Below, piece after piece: positions 27,556 through 36,105 of a stretch of DNA of 43,756 nt. The position numbers and the translations under genes are program-made. Every line of letters begins with the position of its first letter. The first letter of the stretch is position 1. Origin of the DNA: Bacteroidota bacterium (GTDB lineage: Bacteria; Bacteroidota; Ignavibacteria; UBA10030; UBA6906); contig JBBRUI010000003.1 of the NCBI GenBank assembly GCA_038247945.1, positions 1 to 43,756 on the forward strand, written 5' to 3'. The notes beneath the pieces are model-generated. The model had not been told where the DNA came from. It did not search any database and was given only the letters and a program-made list of their open reading frames with translations.

Positions 27556-30500
27556 ATGAAAAAACTCTATCGCGTCATGCTGGTCATGACATTTGGGTTG
27601 ATGCTGATACCCGCAACCGCAACTTCTCCTGATTTCAGCCGGGATGTTCTTCAATGGCGGGCTTCTCTCACCACCAATGCCAACCGCCTGCACAAAGATG
27701 TTTTTCCGGGGATAGATCTTTTTTATACCGGCGACGCGAAGACAATATCATCCGTATTTATCGTCCGGCCTGAAGGAGATCCTTCCTCGGTCAGGTTGGA
27801 GTTTCTCACCGCAACAAAATTAGAAATCGACAAGAGCGGTACCGTCCTTATCAATACGAATGAAGAAGATGTCATTCGTATTCTGCATCCGAACTTCCAT
27901 CAAAATCTCAACAGTCAGAATCAAAGTGTAGAAGGAAAGTTTGTCCGGCTGGACGACAAGCACATAAGCGTTCAGATAGAGAGCTACAACAAATCACTTC
28001 CTCTCGTTATCCAATTCACCAGCGTCTTCTTCACGGCTTCTTCTCCATCAATTGAAAATCCAAGCTCCCCGTTCGCAGTAACCATCACCGCAAACTTAAA
28101 AGATTCTTTGGCGGGAGATGCGGGACAGGTCGGTGTTGTGAACCCCGGCGACACGCTTCGCTACATCGTCACGATTACAAACAGCGGAACCACCGATGCA
28201 ATCGGAGTGAACTTTACAGACGTGCTGGATACGAGCACCACGTCCATTGCAGGCTCGCTGAAAGCGACTCCCGTTGCCGTGAACGACGCATACATTGCCA
28301 CATACAATGCCACTTACAACGTTCCTGCATCGGGCGTACTCACAAACGATTACGGCGTGCCCTCACCGACTGCAACACCAATTGCAGCGGGCGTAACTCC
28401 GCACGGAACAGTAACGCTCAGTGCAAACGGTTCATTCGCCTACACGCCGACGACCAATTATTTCGGACCGGACACGTTCAGTTACACCGCGACGAATACA
28501 GTCGGCAGCAATTCGGCGATAGCAGCCCTTACCATTCCTCCGCCAGCCCCGGTTGCAAATAATGACGCAGCGACGGCAAGCGGGAATATTCAGATCAGCG
28601 CGGCGGCGCCCGGTGTGTTGGGCAATGATGTGCTTTACGGCGCGACGATCACCGGATCCAGTACAACGAGCGCGCAGGGCGGCAACGTGACGGTGAGCGC
28701 GGACGGAAGCTACACGTATAATCCGCCGGCAGGGTACGAAGGCAGCGACTCGTTCACCTACATTGTTACGAACACAACGGCAAGCGATACCGGAACGGTG
28801 AACATCACCATCACCGGCATGATCTGGTTCATCAACAACAACGCGGCAGCGGGCAACGGACGGCTCACCACTCCGTTTAATACACTCGAAGCATTCCGGT
28901 TAGTGAACAACGGCACAGGAAACAACCCCGCAGCAAACGACAATATTTTTGTTTACGAAAGCGCAACCGCGTACGTTCCGACGGCAACACTCATATTGTT
29001 GGCCGGACAAAAATTGATCGGGCAGGATGGATCGGCATCGCTCTCAAGCCTCAGCGGCGTCACGCCTCCGGCAGGAAGCGTTGCCTTGCCTGCGATGAAT
29101 AGCGGCAATGGGACATTCACTATTATAAGCACGACTGCAGCGAGCACGAACGGCATTACGCTTGGCTCCGGCAACACGATACGCGGACTCACGGTTGGCC
29201 CGACAACCGGCGCAAAGATCTTCGGCAGCTCGTTCGGAACGCTGACCGTCGGCAATAACACGACTCCCGACGTCACCTTGAGCGGCAACGGCCAGGCATT
29301 GAACCTTACGACGGGAACATTTGCAGCAACCTCGGGCTTCGTCAGTGTCACATCCACAAGCAGCGGCACGCAGGGAATTGTTCTCTCGTCAGTCGGAGGA
29401 ACAGTTGCATTCGGCAGCACGACTATTTCCGGGGTGACGACACAAGGCATTTTGGTTTCAGGCTCGACGGCAACCATCGACTTTGGAAACACATCCATCA
29501 CAGGCGGAACGGACGCGGTGTCTCTCCAAAATAATTCTTCGGGAACGAGAACGTTCGGCACTCTAGCGACATCAGGCAATAGTGCGACAGGATTTTTGCA
29601 TGCAGTAGGCGGCGGAACCACAACGGTTGGCGCCACGACAATCACCAATCCGGGCGGAACGGGTATCGATATTCAAAGTTCGATCACTGCAATCACATTC
29701 GGCGCGACCACTGTCAATAAAGGATCAAGCGCGGGAACAGGTGTGAACCTGGGCGGCGCTTCATCCGGGAACACTGCCGACGTAACGTTCGCGAGTCTCG
29801 GAATTACAGCCAGCAATGGCACAGGATTACTCGGCACGAATAACAGCGGACAAATTATTGTCACAACCGCCACGTCTGCCATCAGCGCCACCAACGGACC
29901 TGCCCTGAATATCTCAAGAGCTTCCGGCGGAAACACGACTGTCAATCTGAACTTCTCAGGTCTTACGTCGGCTGGCACGGCTGCCAACGGCGTAACACTT
30001 ACAAATGTGGCAGGAACAATAGTCGGCGGAACGGGCAGCCTCATTGGATCGGGCGCTGTCGTCAATGTAAGTGGCGGCACCGTAGGCTTCACATATAGCG
30101 GTAACGTTACGCAAGCCAACAACGCTGCCATGGTGAGTGTATCCGGCGGACATACGACCGGAACCATCACGTTCCAGACCGGGACACTGAGCGCAACAAA
30201 CGGATCGGGGCTGCAATTTGATAATGCGGATTCGCCAACATCGTACAATTTTAACGGCACGACGACGCTGAACGGCGGCGATGCGGGGATAGATATTATG
30301 AATGGCTCAGCAGGTACATTTAGTTTTGGAACAGGGGTCGCTATTACAAGTCCAACCGGAACAGCATTTAATATCGGCGGCACAGCTAACACTGCGGCAG
30401 TTACATACAGCGGCTCAATCACAAAAAATAATGCCGGCACGATGGTAAGCATCGTTAATCACACAACCGGAACTGTCACATTCCAGACGGGAACGTTGAG

Positions 30501-32706
30501 TGCCACGACTGCTTCAGCAGGCAGCGGCTTGTATTTTGATAATGCCGACGGAACGTACAACTTCAACGGCACGACAACCCTGAACGGCGGCTCGGCAGCA
30601 GTGAACATTGTCAACGGGTCGGGCGGAGCGTTTACTTTTGTTGCGACTACTGCAATTACAAGTCCCGCTGATACTGCGTTCGGCGTGATAGGCGGAACTG
30701 CATCGGTGACGTACAGCGGCAATATTACGCAGGCGAATAATTTCCCGATGGTGAGTGTCTCCGGCGGACATACGACCGGAACCATCACGTTCCAGACCGG
30801 GACACTGAGCGCAACGAACGGATCGGGATTGCAATTCGATAATGCGGATTCACCGACGTCGTACAACTTTAACGGCACGACGACGCTGAACGGCGGCGAT
30901 GCGGGGATTGATATTATGAATGGCTCGGCGGGGACGTTTAGTTTTGCAAGCGGGTCTTCTATTACCAATCCGACAAATGAAGTCATTAAAATAAATGCCA
31001 GTACGGCTAACGTTACTTACAGCGGATCATTTAACAAGACCAATAACACTGCCGGCATATTTATAAATGGTGAAACAGGCGGCACCATAACTATCAATGG
31101 CAGCGGTACAAAAACATTGACCAGTGGGGTTGGTAATGCTATCACCCTTTCAGGCAATACGGGAGCCACGATCAATTTCAGTGGTAATAACCTTCTGCTT
31201 ACTACAACAGCAGGAACTGGTATTAATGCAACAGGCGGAGGAACATTCAGTGTAACCGGAACAGGAAATACAATTACATCAACAACAGGTACTGCCCTGA
31301 ATGTCACCAGCACGACTATCGGTGCCAACGATTTGAATTTTCAAAGCATTTCTTCAACTGGAAGTGCAAATGGTATTATTCTAAATGCTACCGGAAGCAG
31401 TGGTGGACTCACAGTTACAGGCACTGGTGCTGCGAATTCCGGTGGTACTATTCAAAATACGACGGCCGATGCCATAGTAGCAACCAGTACTCAAGATTTG
31501 AGTCTTACCCGGATTCTTATCCAAGGTCCTGTTGGGGATGGTATTAATGCCTCTAATCTTGGTGGAACTTGTCTTTTGTCTAATTCCACTATTCAGGATT
31601 ATGATGTAAACCGTACGGCTACCAAAGATGGTTACCGGATTATTAATACCAGCACGACTTTGACGATGCTGACTATTGCCGGATGTACATTTAATGGAAC
31701 AACATCTACATCGGTGATTCCTGGTTCAGGTGATGGGGTTTTTATGGAAGCACAGGGAGCAGGAAACATGTCGCTTACCGTAAATGGAAATACATCATTT
31801 ACAGAAATGTTTGATGATGGAATTCAGGTAAACGGGATTACCGGGGCCACGGCAACAGTTAATGTTACAGTGCAAAACTGCTCCTTCACAAATGCTGCAA
31901 TTCTTGGAAATGGCGGGGTTGGTTTATTCCCATTCGGAGGGATAAACATGACAGCTCTTATTGCTAATAATACTTTCGACAATATTATGTTACCGGTTAC
32001 CAATCTCGGTGCTGTTAGTATGACTAATGGCCTTACGGCTAATGCCACTATAACAGTGCAAAATAACACAATGAATAATCTTGTCGGTTCCCGTGGAATC
32101 ACCATTACTGCAGATGGAACCGGTACAAATACTTTGGTATTTGATAACAACGCCATTGACCGCCTTGGCTCTTCAACAAAAAGTGCAATTTCAGTTAACT
32201 GCGTAAATACTGCAACTGCAAATGTGAAGATACGGAACAACCTTATCGGACTACAGGCAACTTTATATCCCGGTGCCGCATCAGCACTTGCAGATGTCGT
32301 TTTAATAACATCACAGAACTCAGCATTAATAAATGTTCTGTTAAGTGGAAATAATATTACAGCCAACACGGGGTTTGAAGTAATGAGAACCCGTGCTATT
32401 AGTTCTTCTACTATAAATGCAACAGTAACCGGAAATACACTTAATGATAATGCAGGAACACATGTAGAATTTGAGGCAGTTACCGGAACCAGTACTGTAG
32501 TAGGAGGAACTATATGCCTTAATATTTCAGGGAATATAGTGCCGGCAGGGGGTGTTGGAGTAATTCGAATAACTGAAAATGCTGCGCCCGGTTCAATTAA
32601 TGTAACGCAAGCAAGTTCTGCTGCAGTTTCAACTGGAAATAGCAACGCAACAGTTACGTTAACTGGTACGCCACAATTCGGTCAACCAACTTGTACTCAG
32701 CCTTAG
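27556..32706 (+). CDS. 1716-aa exported adhesin-like protein (DUF11-like domain, two cadherin/Big_9-like Ig domains, long Gly/Thr/Asn-rich beta-helix)
   Basis: Signal peptide; NPGDTLRYIVTITNSG; PVAVND/PVANND...GVL.ND...GS(F/Y).Y.P...D(T/S)F.Y twice; beta-strand repeats; no T9SS CTD. Confidence 0.85.
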   Translation: MKKLYRVMLVMTFGLMLIPATATSPDFSRDVLQWRASLTTNANRLHKDVFPGIDLFYTGDAKTISSVFIVRPEGDPSSVRLEFLTATKLEIDKSGTVLINTNEEDVIRILHPNFHQNLNSQNQSVEGKFVRLDDKHISVQIESYNKSLPLVIQFTSVFFTASSPSIENPSSPFAVTITANLKDSLAGDAGQVGVVNPGDTLRYIVTITNSGTTDAIGVNFTDVLDTSTTSIAGSLKATPVAVNDAYIATYNATYNVPASGVLTNDYGVPSPTATPIAAGVTPHGTVTLSANGSFAYTPTTNYFGPDTFSYTATNTVGSNSAIAALTIPPPAPVANNDAATASGNIQISAAAPGVLGNDVLYGATITGSSTTSAQGGNVTVSADGSYTYNPPAGYEGSDSFTYIVTNTTASDTGTVNITITGMIWFINNNAAAGNGRLTTPFNTLEAFRLVNNGTGNNPAANDNIFVYESATAYVPTATLILLAGQKLIGQDGSASLSSLSGVTPPAGSVALPAMNSGNGTFTIISTTAASTNGITLGSGNTIRGLTVGPTTGAKIFGSSFGTLTVGNNTTPDVTLSGNGQALNLTTGTFAATSGFVSVTSTSSGTQGIVLSSVGGTVAFGSTTISGVTTQGILVSGSTATIDFGNTSITGGTDAVSLQNNSSGTRTFGTLATSGNSATGFLHAVGGGTTTVGATTITNPGGTGIDIQSSITAITFGATTVNKGSSAGTGVNLGGASSGNTADVTFASLGITASNGTGLLGTNNSGQIIVTTATSAISATNGPALNISRASGGNTTVNLNFSGLTSAGTAANGVTLTNVAGTIVGGTGSLIGSGAVVNVSGGTVGFTYSGNVTQANNAAMVSVSGGHTTGTITFQTGTLSATNGSGLQFDNADSPTSYNFNGTTTLNGGDAGIDIMNGSAGTFSFGTGVAITSPTGTAFNIGGTANTAAVTYSGSITKNNAGTMVSIVNHTTGTVTFQTGTLSATTASAGSGLYFDNADGTYNFNGTTTLNGGSAAVNIVNGSGGAFTFVATTAITSPADTAFGVIGGTASVTYSGNITQANNFPMVSVSGGHTTGTITFQTGTLSATNGSGLQFDNADSPTSYNFNGTTTLNGGDAGIDIMNGSAGTFSFASGSSITNPTNEVIKINASTANVTYSGSFNKTNNTAGIFINGETGGTITINGSGTKTLTSGVGNAITLSGNTGATINFSGNNLLLTTTAGTGINATGGGTFSVTGTGNTITSTTGTALNVTSTTIGANDLNFQSISSTGSANGIILNATGSSGGLTVTGTGAANSGGTIQNTTADAIVATSTQDLSLTRILIQGPVGDGINASNLGGTCLLSNSTIQDYDVNRTATKDGYRIINTSTTLTMLTIAGCTFNGTTSTSVIPGSGDGVFMEAQGAGNMSLTVNGNTSFTEMFDDGIQVNGITGATATVNVTVQNCSFTNAAILGNGGVGLFPFGGINMTALIANNTFDNIMLPVTNLGAVSMTNGLTANATITVQNNTMNNLVGSRGITITADGTGTNTLVFDNNAIDRLGSSTKSAISVNCVNTATANVKIRNNLIGLQATLYPGAASALADVVLITSQNSALINVLLSGNNITANTGFEVMRTRAISSSTINATVTGNTLNDNAGTHVEFEAVTGTSTVVGGTICLNISGNIVPAGGVGVIRITENAAPGSINVTQASSAAVSTGNSNATVTLTGTPQFGQPTCTQP
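30130..30946 (+). repeat. Internal ~103-codon tandem repeat (A-B-A'); A and A' nearly identical over ~200 nt
   Basis: 30130-30328 and 30748-30946 encode the identical peptide MVSVSGGHTTG...SAGTFSF; a diverged middle unit starts at 30442. Confidence 0.9.
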
Positions 32707-32797
32707 ATATAGACAATAGTGATAAATGAATTAGGCACCATAGAAGCCGGAGACAGCTTTGTTGTTATTTTGATGTAACAATCATCGGAGAAGGCTT

Positions 32798-33919
32798 ATG
32801 AAAACCACCATTACAATTACCTGCGCCATACTCATTCTCATGTTTGTCGGGTTCGGTCTTACCGAAGCGCAAACAGTATCGAGCAGCATCGGCATACTGC
32901 CTGCCGGTAAATCTGTTACGCTCACGTACGATGTCCGGGTAAAAAATCCGGTGGCGAACCACGTAACGCAAGTCGGCACGCAAGGGTCAGTCAGTGGCAG
33001 CAACTTTGCAACCGTCCTTACCAACGATCCCGATACGGGAGCCCCGAACGACTCGACGAAAACGCCGGTGGTCTCAGCGCCCAATGTTGTTTCATTTGCG
33101 CCAACATCCGGAATGCCTGGCTCACCAGTAACGATTAACGGATCGCATTTCACCGGCGCGACGGGCGTCGCGTTCAACGGAGTGCCGGTCGATAGCTTCA
33201 CCGTCGTCCCGCCCGGCACGCAAATTACAACTGTGGTTCCCAACGCCGCATCGACAGGGAAGGTCAGCGTTACAGGTCCCGGCGGCACAACGCAAAGCAC
33301 GGATGACTACACAGTTATTCCGTTGCCTATTCAACTCGCATCCTTTACGGGCTATGAAATTCCGGGGAGCGGCGTGCTGCTTCGCTGGACGACTGTCAGT
33401 GAGATCAACAACTACGGTTTCAATGTGTATCGCCGCATCGAGGCGCAGCCCGACTTCTCCGAGCTGCCGAACAGTTTTATTCCCGGACACGGAACAACCA
33501 ACGAACCGCAGCATTACGAATTCAGAGATGCTTCAGCTACGGCGGCGCAATGGTACTATCGCTTAAAGCAAACTGACCTTGATGGGACAATTCATTTCAC
33601 GGACCCGATTCAGGTAAGCGTATTAACCGCCGTGAAGAACGATATAGCTCCGCGGGAATTCTCACTAAGCCAAAACTATCCGAACCCGTTCAACCCCTCA
33701 ACGCAGATAAAATTCTCGGTTGAAGCCACCGGTCACGCGCAGCTCGATGTGTTCAATATTCTTGGCCAGAGAGTCGTAACACTCTACAACGATATTGCCG
33801 AAGCCGGCGTCTACCACACCGTCCGCTTCGACGCTACCTCGCTTTCAAGCGGCATGTACTTCTACCGCCTGCAAAGCGGCACAAAGACGCAATTGAAGAA
33901 GTTGATGCTGTTGAAGTAA
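32798..33919 (+). CDS. Secreted protein with DUF11-like fragment, IPT/TIG domain and T9SS-type CTD
   Basis: Signal peptide; PNVVSFAPTSG.PGS.VTINGSHFTGAT; LPIQLASFTG...WTTVSEINNYGF; LSQNYPNPFNPST...KKLMLLK. Confidence 0.88.
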   Translation: MKTTITITCAILILMFVGFGLTEAQTVSSSIGILPAGKSVTLTYDVRVKNPVANHVTQVGTQGSVSGSNFATVLTNDPDTGAPNDSTKTPVVSAPNVVSFAPTSGMPGSPVTINGSHFTGATGVAFNGVPVDSFTVVPPGTQITTVVPNAASTGKVSVTGPGGTTQSTDDYTVIPLPIQLASFTGYEIPGSGVLLRWTTVSEINNYGFNVYRRIEAQPDFSELPNSFIPGHGTTNEPQHYEFRDASATAAQWYYRLKQTDLDGTIHFTDPIQVSVLTAVKNDIAPREFSLSQNYPNPFNPSTQIKFSVEATGHAQLDVFNILGQRVVTLYNDIAEAGVYHTVRFDATSLSSGMYFYRLQSGTKTQLKKLMLLK

Positions 33920-33941
33920 ATCCCGGTCGTATAAGTAGTAG

Positions 33942-33978
33942 AAGCCCCGATCGAGATACTTCAATCGGGGCTTTTTTT
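33942..33978 (+). terminator. Intrinsic terminator
   Basis: AAGCCCCGAT...ATCGGGGCTT followed by a T tract. Confidence 0.85.
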
Positions 33979-34013
33979 ATTTTTCCTAAATGAGTCCCCA
34001 AAGAAATTTGCCC

Positions 34014-34117
34014 TCATTGCGGGGAGCAAAGCGACGAAGCCAATCTCTTTTTCACTTGTGTCCATGTATGAGATTGCCTGCCTGTCGGCAGACAGGCTTC
34101 GCTCCGCCCGCAATGAC
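34014..34117. repeat. REPIN-like paired element with a 20-nt palindrome inserted in its right arm
   Basis: TCATTGCGGGG...CGAAGCCAATCTC-spacer-GAGATTG[CCTGCCTGTCGGCAGACAGG]CTTCG...CCCGCAATGA. Confidence 0.8.
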
Positions 34118-34220
34118 AACACCCTAACCCCTCTCGCCATCGCGCATTCTTTCACACAGAGGGGAATACTTCACTAAACCAGGCAGCAACAAAAGTTTTA
34201 GAAAGCCAAAGGAAACAAAA

Positions 34221-35492
34221 ATGAAAAACATAATTGCAGCAATTCTCTTTTCGTTCACGCTTCCTTCAATTGTCCTCTCACAAGAAACATGGGTCGAGCA
34301 GAATTCAGGTGTATCTTCTCCACTGACTTCCGTTTCTGCGGCCGGGACTAACACAGGCTGGGTCTGCGGGTTCAACGGGATGGTTCTGCGGACAACCAAC
34401 GGAGGAAATAATTGGCTGTATGCTTCGGGAAGCGGGATGCCGGCTTCATGCCAACTGACAAATATTTTTGCCATTGACAACCTCACCGCAATTGCAAGCG
34501 GCAACCAGGGTACTACCAGCCGTGTCTTCCGGACTAGCAACGGTGGATCAAGCTGGACTGAAGTTTTCTCGCAGCCAGACGGTTACATAGAAACTGTCTG
34601 GATGAAAGATGCCCAGAACGGATTTATGCAGGGAGATGCAGTGAACAAGAGATGGTCATTATGGAAGACAACCAATGGCGGCGTAAACTGGGATTCATCG
34701 GGTTTGTATCTTTCTAACACATTCACAGATGAATACGGCTGGAATAATTCGATGTATGTTTTTAATAACAACATCTGGTTCGGGACGACCAACTACAAAA
34801 TCCATTACTCTTCCAATTACGGCGCTTCGTGGACATCACAAAGCTCACGGAATATTACAGTGTTTTCCATCTGTATGAATCCACCGACCTATACAACCGG
34901 CTACGCCTGCGGACCGGAAGTCATGAGGACAACCAACGGAGGAATGAACTGGGCCGACGTAACTGCACCAGGGACCGGATTTTACGGCGGAATAACGGCG
35001 TCGCAAACATCAGTCTATTATGCCCGCGGTAATAATATTTATGTCTCTACAAATTCAGGAAGCACGTGGAGTATCCAGTACACGGCACCCGCAGGAAACT
35101 ACAGACATATTTCGGAGCGCTCTGTGAACGGAAATAATTTTACGCAATGCTGGGCTGTGCGCGATAACGGCGGGATTTCCCGCTGGCAGCTTCCCGTTTC
35201 GGTGGAAACAAACTCTGAGAGTGTGCCGGATAAGTTTGAGCTTTTGCAGAACTACCCGAACCCGTTTAATCCAAAGACGAATTTCGAATTTCGAATTGTG
35301 AATTTCGGATTTGTAACACTCAAGGTCTTTGACCTGCTCGGCAAAGAGGTGACGACGCTGGTGAATGAGGAGATGAAGCCAGGAAGTTACGAACGAACTT
35401 TCAATGCCGAGGGGCTTGCAAGCGGAATGTACCTCTACCGGCTGCAAAGTGGCACTAAGACCCAATTGAAGAAGCTGCTTTTAATGAAGTAA
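34221..35492 (+). CDS. Secreted YCF48/BNR(Asp-box)-repeat beta-propeller protein with T9SS-type CTD
   Basis: Repeated (T/S)(T/S)NGG..W motifs; LLQNYPNPFNP...KKLLLMK; signal peptide. Confidence 0.9.
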   Translation: MKNIIAAILFSFTLPSIVLSQETWVEQNSGVSSPLTSVSAAGTNTGWVCGFNGMVLRTTNGGNNWLYASGSGMPASCQLTNIFAIDNLTAIASGNQGTTSRVFRTSNGGSSWTEVFSQPDGYIETVWMKDAQNGFMQGDAVNKRWSLWKTTNGGVNWDSSGLYLSNTFTDEYGWNNSMYVFNNNIWFGTTNYKIHYSSNYGASWTSQSSRNITVFSICMNPPTYTTGYACGPEVMRTTNGGMNWADVTAPGTGFYGGITASQTSVYYARGNNIYVSTNSGSTWSIQYTAPAGNYRHISERSVNGNNFTQCWAVRDNGGISRWQLPVSVETNSESVPDKFELLQNYPNPFNPKTNFEFRIVNFGFVTLKVFDLLGKEVTTLVNEEMKPGSYERTFNAEGLASGMYLYRLQSGTKTQLKKLLLMK

Positions 35493-35590
35493 TCAAGCCA
35501 TTTGGTTCAGTCCCTGCTACGGCAATCGGAGGAGATAATATCTATATTCGAACCAATGATTGGGAAGACAAAATTTGAAAAGGAGCAGCG

Positions 35591-36004
35591 ATGACTATTT
35601 TGCTGGTAGATGACGATCCGACATATCGTAATCTGCTTCTTGAAGTGCTGACGGTCGAAGGATATGATGTGTGTGCTGTGAAAAATGGAGAGGAAGCCCT
35701 CCACAAATTGCCCGTCCTCCTTCCGGATATTATTGTCGCGGATATTAACATGCCTGTAATCGACGGGCCTCAATTGCATCACCTGGTTCGGAGTAATCCT
35801 GTTTACGCTACGTTACCGTTCCTTTTTATTTCGGGATACAGTGACGCTTTCACTTTAATCTCAGCCGATTCTCGTTATGATGGCTTCTCGTTAAAGGGAA
35901 GGCCACTACATGAGATCAAGAAGTGGATAGAATATCTTACGACACCTTCATACAAACTCAATAATAGTTTATCTGGCGCAAGCGTAAGCACCAAATTCTC
36001 CTAA
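35591..36004 (+). CDS. Stand-alone response-regulator receiver domain protein
   Basis: ILLVDDD, ADINMP phosphoacceptor, FISG, LKG.P; preceded by AGGAG. Confidence 0.88.
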   Translation: MTILLVDDDPTYRNLLLEVLTVEGYDVCAVKNGEEALHKLPVLLPDIIVADINMPVIDGPQLHHLVRSNPVYATLPFLFISGYSDAFTLISADSRYDGFSLKGRPLHEIKKWIEYLTTPSYKLNNSLSGASVSTKFS

Positions 36005-36105
36005 CGAACTCGCTTCTCGAACCGTCTCACCTTGCAATTCTTCCCACCGATTTCGATATTGAAATCGTCCCCAGTATGTAAATCGTTCAACGACTCCCAA
36101 TACCA

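Noticed and set aside
28953-32645. Long minus-strand ORFs (231, 259, 175, 273 aa) and other antisense ORFs across the window
   Set aside because: Shadow frames of biased + strand genes (Val/Pro-rich mirror of Thr/Gly/Asn codons), with no recognisable motifs.
34122-34165. CCCCTCT...AGAGGGG hairpin as a further REP family
   Set aside because: Short, single copy in the window and degenerate; cannot be supported.
36032-36060. Promoter TTGCAA-17-GATATT upstream of the C40 peptidase
   Set aside because: The -10 lacks the first conserved T; too weak to call.
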